From NCBI GenBank assembly GCA_964640195.1, contig CAZXIC010000001.1, forward strand, positions 8,544-72,543: a DNA stretch of 64,000 nucleotides, written 5' to 3'. The position numbers and the translations under genes are program-made. Below are positions 61,127-64,000 of this stretch, piece after piece; within the stretch, counting starts at the first letter, position 1; every line of letters begins with the position of its first letter. This DNA comes from an uncultured archaeon. GTDB lineage: Archaea > Iainarchaeota > Iainarchaeia > Iainarchaeales > GCA-2688035. The notes below the pieces were generated by a model. It was not told the origin of the DNA and made no database searches. It saw only the letters and a program-made list of their open reading frames with translations.

Positions 61127-61771
61127 ATGGATGAGCAGAAATTCTATTACGGCAATTTTGCCGGCAGGATTCTTGGGAACTCAGCGAGAGAGGAACTTAT
61201 CCTCAGGGAAATGCATCACTTGCAGGAAGGGGACTTTTTTCTTGAAGTGGGCTGTGCCCAGGGGCATTTTGAAAGGCACGCTGCGTTGCTGAGCGGCAAT
61301 ATTTTTGGGGCAGACACCGCACTTGCTAAACTGCGCCAGGCAAGGCATAAGAGCAATGGCAGCCACTTCACTGCCGGGAATGCAGAGCAGCTGCCGTTCA
61401 AAAGCAGCAGCTTTGACTTTGTCTTATGCAGCGAAGTGCTTGAGCACGTGCCAGACTGGAGAAGCGCTGTTCTGGAACTGCAGAGGGTTGCGAGGGAAAG
61501 AATCCTTGTAACAGTGCCGCTGGAAAAGGGCTTCTTCTGGAGGCTTTTCAGCGTGTTTGCGCCGATGCACACGAGGGGACATTTGCACAGGCTGGACAGC
61601 AGAGACGTTGAAAGCGCGGTTGGCAAGGGCTGGCAGCTCTCCCGGAGAGAGGTTATTGCAACGCCGAGCAGGAGGCTGAACAGGCTGCTTAACAGGTTTG
61701 CTTCAGAGAGGGCAGGGATTTATTCGCTGATGCTGTTTGAGAGGAAGGCAAAGGGCAGAAAAGGAAAGTAA
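61127..61771 (+). CDS. class I SAM-dependent methyltransferase (Methyltransf_11-like)
   Basis: 214 aa. FLEVGCAQGHF (motif I) and FDFVLCSEVLEHVPD. Confidence 0.8.
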   Translation: MDEQKFYYGNFAGRILGNSAREELILREMHHLQEGDFFLEVGCAQGHFERHAALLSGNIFGADTALAKLRQARHKSNGSHFTAGNAEQLPFKSSSFDFVLCSEVLEHVPDWRSAVLELQRVARERILVTVPLEKGFFWRLFSVFAPMHTRGHLHRLDSRDVESAVGKGWQLSRREVIATPSRRLNRLLNRFASERAGIYSLMLFERKAKGRKGK

Positions 61772-61806
61772 TTTATATAACATGTTATATAAATCGTTAT
61801 ATAAGG
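61771..61806. promoter_or_regulatory. perfect 24-bp palindrome made of inverted TATA-like half-sites, plus a third direct half-site
   Basis: ATTTATATAACATGTTATATAAAT (61771..61794) is its own reverse complement. GTTATATAAGG recurs at 61796..61806. It lies directly upstream of the RHH gene. Confidence 0.6.
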
Positions 61807-61815
61807 TGGTCTTGT

Positions 61816-62076
61816 ATTAAGCATTATTCCCTTGTAATTGAACCCAGGCTTGTTAAGCAGATTGATAGGCTGATAAAAGAGCACGGCTTGTTCAGCAGCA
61901 GGAGCGACTTCATAAGGGATGCCATCAGGAGCAGGCTGATTGAGGTAAGGCGCTCGATTCTGCTCAAGGGGGCAAAGGAAAAACCCAGCGGGAGAGAGCT
62001 TGAAAGAGAGGAAAAAATCGTATCAGAGGCGATGGAGGAAAGGGAAAGCGAATACAAGTTCGGCGGCGTGCACTGA
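61816..62076 (+). CDS. ribbon-helix-helix (CopG/NikR-N-like) protein with no canonical start codon (ATT at 61816 proposed)
   Basis: The track starts this ORF at TTG 61888, which would cut the RHH fold. The in-frame upstream extension reads (I)KHYSLVIEPRLVKQIDRLIKEHGLFSSRSDFIRDAIRSRLIE, a complete RHH. AAGGTGG lies 6 nt upstream of ATT 61816. There is no in-frame ATG/GTG/TTG between the palindrome and residue KHYS. Confidence 0.5.
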   Translation: MKHYSLVIEPRLVKQIDRLIKEHGLFSSRSDFIRDAIRSRLIEVRRSILLKGAKEKPSGRELEREEKIVSEAMEERESEYKFGGVH

Positions 62077-62167
62077 GGCTTAGGGGAAAGGCGCTTGAAG
62101 ACATCAGAGGCAAATAGGGCTTGGGAAATCACTGTTTTTTAATTGTTTTACTAATCAATATACTGTT

Positions 62168-62923
62168 ATGGGGGAAATTAGGGCAGAGGCAAGGGGCAAC
62201 GAGTTCGCGCTGCTCATTCCTCAAAAGAAATCCAGCCAGCTCGGGCTAGGGGCAAATGCCAGCTATGAACTCATTCGTGTCAAGGAAGGCATCTGGGTCT
62301 TGACTGCGGAAGAAACACCAGAACAAGAGGAAAACCCTTTGGACCGCACAATCCTTTCAATGCTGAGGCAGAAGAGCTTACACGAGCGGGTTGAAGGCAA
62401 GTTTGAGCGCAGCCTGAACAAGCAGCAGCTTGAAAGGTTCAGGGAAATGCTCAAGGAAGGCAGAATTGTTGCATTCAGGCTGAGCAAGAAGTACAAAAAG
62501 GCTGTTTACAAAACAAGGGAAGAGCTGCGCAAGGGGAAGCCTGTTGGGAAGGAGAGCGAAAACCCCCTGGCGAAAAACAAGCCGATTGAGGATTACTGCC
62601 TTGAGACTGACGGCTTCCTTGTGTGCAAGAACGATGAGAGGGCAAAGGCGCTGAGCAGCCAGTTCAAGCAGGAGATAGAGGAAGGGAAAATCAAGGGAAT
62701 CAAGAACTTTGAAGGTGCATTTTACATAATTGAGGAAACGCTTTACGGAAAGTACAGGAGTAATGTGCTGTCTGCAATCAAGGCTAGTGGTGAGACAACC
62801 CTGCAAAAGCTTGCGGAAAGGGTTGGAATAAGCGCTCTGCTGGCAAAAATAGTTTGTGAGTTTTTGAAAGACGAGGGCGAGATAATTGAAAAGAGGAAAG
62901 AGCTTTTCAAGGCAGTCGAGTAA
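62168..62923 (+). CDS. hypothetical protein (possible N-terminal AbrB/SpoVT-like and C-terminal winged-helix regions)
   Basis: 251 aa. N-terminus GNEFALLIPQKKSSQLGLGANASYELIRVKEGIWVL, a charged central region, and C-terminus SGETTLQKLAERVGISALLAKIVCEFLKDEGEI. Suggestive only. Confidence 0.4.
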   Translation: MGEIRAEARGNEFALLIPQKKSSQLGLGANASYELIRVKEGIWVLTAEETPEQEENPLDRTILSMLRQKSLHERVEGKFERSLNKQQLERFREMLKEGRIVAFRLSKKYKKAVYKTREELRKGKPVGKESENPLAKNKPIEDYCLETDGFLVCKNDERAKALSSQFKQEIEEGKIKGIKNFEGAFYIIEETLYGKYRSNVLSAIKASGETTLQKLAERVGISALLAKIVCEFLKDEGEIIEKRKELFKAVE

Positions 62924-62945
62924 AGCGCACAGCGGCCAAAAAGTT

Positions 62946-63335
62946 TTGGTGCCGCTGCTTTCAAAGAGGGAGGCCAGCCCGAAATTCATTGAAGCGGTTG
63001 CAGCCAATGCAAAAGAGATAATTCTGCTGCTTGTCATCGATACATCTGCAATGGTGGGGCAGTTCGGGTTTGCCGCTGGGGAGATAGCGCAGGCAAATGC
63101 CTTGATGCAGCAGGTGAAGAGCGCTTTGGGCAGGAAAAGGAAAACATGTGACGATGTGATTGAATGGGGCGATACAGCGACAAAGATAGGGCATTTGGCG
63201 CAGTTGAGGGCTGTTGACAGGATTTACCTGGTTAGGCAGGACAACCAGCTTTTCAGAAGGCTTTTGGGCGAACTTAGGGAGAAACTGCGCAGGATTGAGA
63301 TTGAAACAGTCAAGCTGCCGGAAGAAAGCGAGTGA
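62946..63335 (+). CDS. universal-stress-protein-like (adenine-nucleotide alpha-hydrolase fold) protein, putative
   Basis: Track ORF 62886..63335, trimmed to TTG/GTG at 62946/62949 (LVPLLSKREASPKFIEAVAANAKEIILLLVIDTS...GDTATKIGHLAQLRAVDRIYLV). Confidence 0.4.
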   Translation: MVPLLSKREASPKFIEAVAANAKEIILLLVIDTSAMVGQFGFAAGEIAQANALMQQVKSALGRKRKTCDDVIEWGDTATKIGHLAQLRAVDRIYLVRQDNQLFRRLLGELREKLRRIEIETVKLPEESE

Positions 63336-63359
63336 AGCCCAAAAAAATTAGATGCCTGC

Positions 63360-64000
63360 TCAGTCCCTGAGCATGAATTGCTCAAGCCTGTCCTTTGCCT
63401 TTTCCCTCTTACGTTGGTGCACTTTCAAAAACGCATTGATTTTTTCTGCAAGCATTCCCTTGTGCTCAGCGCACATCAGCTTTCCTTGCCTGCACAGGCG
63501 TTTCTGTTCCTCAACACGCCTGTCATCAGGCTCAAACAGGTAGTAGAGGTAATCCATTACAGGGCAGTTATCTGGGTTGCCGCCTTTTTGCCTCTGCTCT
63601 TTGATTGTGGGCTGCCCTCCTGTGAAGGCATTTGCAACCTTCCTTTCAACTGTTTTGCTGTCATCAGTCGTGTAAATCGCGGTGAGTGGGTCGCTTGCAC
63701 TCATCTTTCCGGCTTCTCCCAAACCTGGCAGGAAAATATTGTGGATTTGCCCTGGTTTGGGGTATCCCAGCTTTGGGGCAACTGCCCTTGCAATCCCCCT
63801 CCAGTAGGGGTCTTGGTCTATTGCCGCAGGGATAAGCACCGGCACGCTTTTTCCTGCCAAAAGGCTTGGCAGAAAACAAGGCGCTGCTTGGATGGCCGGG
63901 AAAAAAACAAGGCCGATGTTGCTTTCGTTGCCGAAGCCGAAAACAGCCTTTGCGGTTGAAAAGGTTATGCGCTTTGCAATAGTTGCAGCAATTCCGTAAA
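63360..64000 (-). CDS. trpS: tryptophan--tRNA ligase, archaeal/eukaryal type (partial; N-terminus beyond the window end)
   Basis: Own extension of track ORF 63360..63860 shows the frame stays open to 64000: ...YGIAATIAKRITFSTAKAVFGFGNESNIGLVFFPAIQAAPCFLPSLLAGKSVPVLIPAAIDQDPYWR...GKMSASDP (KMSAS = KMSKS loop)...LCRQGKLMCAEHKGML. Confidence 0.85.
   Translation of the reverse strand, partial: YGIAATIAKRITFSTAKAVFGFGNESNIGLVFFPAIQAAPCFLPSLLAGKSVPVLIPAAIDQDPYWRGIARAVAPKLGYPKPGQIHNIFLPGLGEAGKMSASDPLTAIYTTDDSKTVERKVANAFTGGQPTIKEQRQKGGNPDNCPVMDYLYYLFEPDDRRVEEQKRLCRQGKLMCAEHKGMLAEKINAFLKVHQRKREKAKDRLEQFMLRD

Noticed and set aside
61824-62132. 102-aa minus-strand ORF overlapping the RHH gene
   Set aside because: The plus-strand frame encodes a textbook ribbon-helix-helix sequence sitting behind a palindromic operator. 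The minus-strand product is Ser/Leu-rich with no features.
62378-63037. 219-aa minus-strand ORF opposite gene 62168..62923
   Set aside because: It has no motif or SD. The plus-strand frame gives a more protein-like sequence with domain-like ends. The choice of strand here is less certain than elsewhere.

Overview
This is a gene-dense 64-kb window, roughly 90% coding, with many 4-nt ATGA or abutting stop/start junctions. I read it as a piece of an uncultivated archaeal chromosome. The archaeal markers are: diphthine synthase, pyruvoyl-dependent arginine decarboxylase (PdaD), the porGDAB pyruvate:ferredoxin oxidoreductase operon, TrmB, Lrp and COG3432-type regulators, DUF357, an archaeal/eukaryal-type TrpRS, and a tRNA-Pro with a 65-nt intron at position 37/38 and no encoded CCA. 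Many genes are preceded by GGAGG-like Shine-Dalgarno motifs, and GTG/TTG starts are frequent. The many large secreted or anchored proteins are compatible with a DPANN-like or other small-genome archaeon, but phylum cannot be assigned from sequence alone. Housekeeping content: a partial Lhr helicase, malic enzyme, prs, eno, nadA and nadX, speB-pdaD, pyrG, a bacterial-type metK, trxB, PolX, a DHH phosphoesterase, M24 and M29-like peptidases, and a partial trpS. Accessory or unusual content: (1) a MacB-type ABC operon that embeds a CARDB-like surface protein and a small tandem-repeat secreted protein; (2) a 1306-aa surface protein combining a BNR propeller, duplicated Ig-like modules, a Cys-rich knot and a TM anchor; (3) a 5-kb island of two convergent operons that encode only secreted or anchored proteins of unknown function; (4) a PfkB-kinase/NagB-deaminase fusion next to a PIG-L deacetylase, a GT4 and a glycoside hydrolase; (5) a ThiF-like, cupin and truncated HMGL-like cluster beside a TrmB regulator; (6) three toxin-antitoxin-like loci, namely RelE with its antitoxin, a convergent overlapping PIN/RHH pair, and an RHH gene behind a perfect 24-bp palindrome with no canonical start codon; (7) a Shine-Dalgarno-equipped 19-codon poly-lysine micro-ORF upstream of nadA. 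No CRISPR array, rRNA, transposase or integrase was seen. All functional calls rest on motif recognition in the translated ORFs. No database search was possible.
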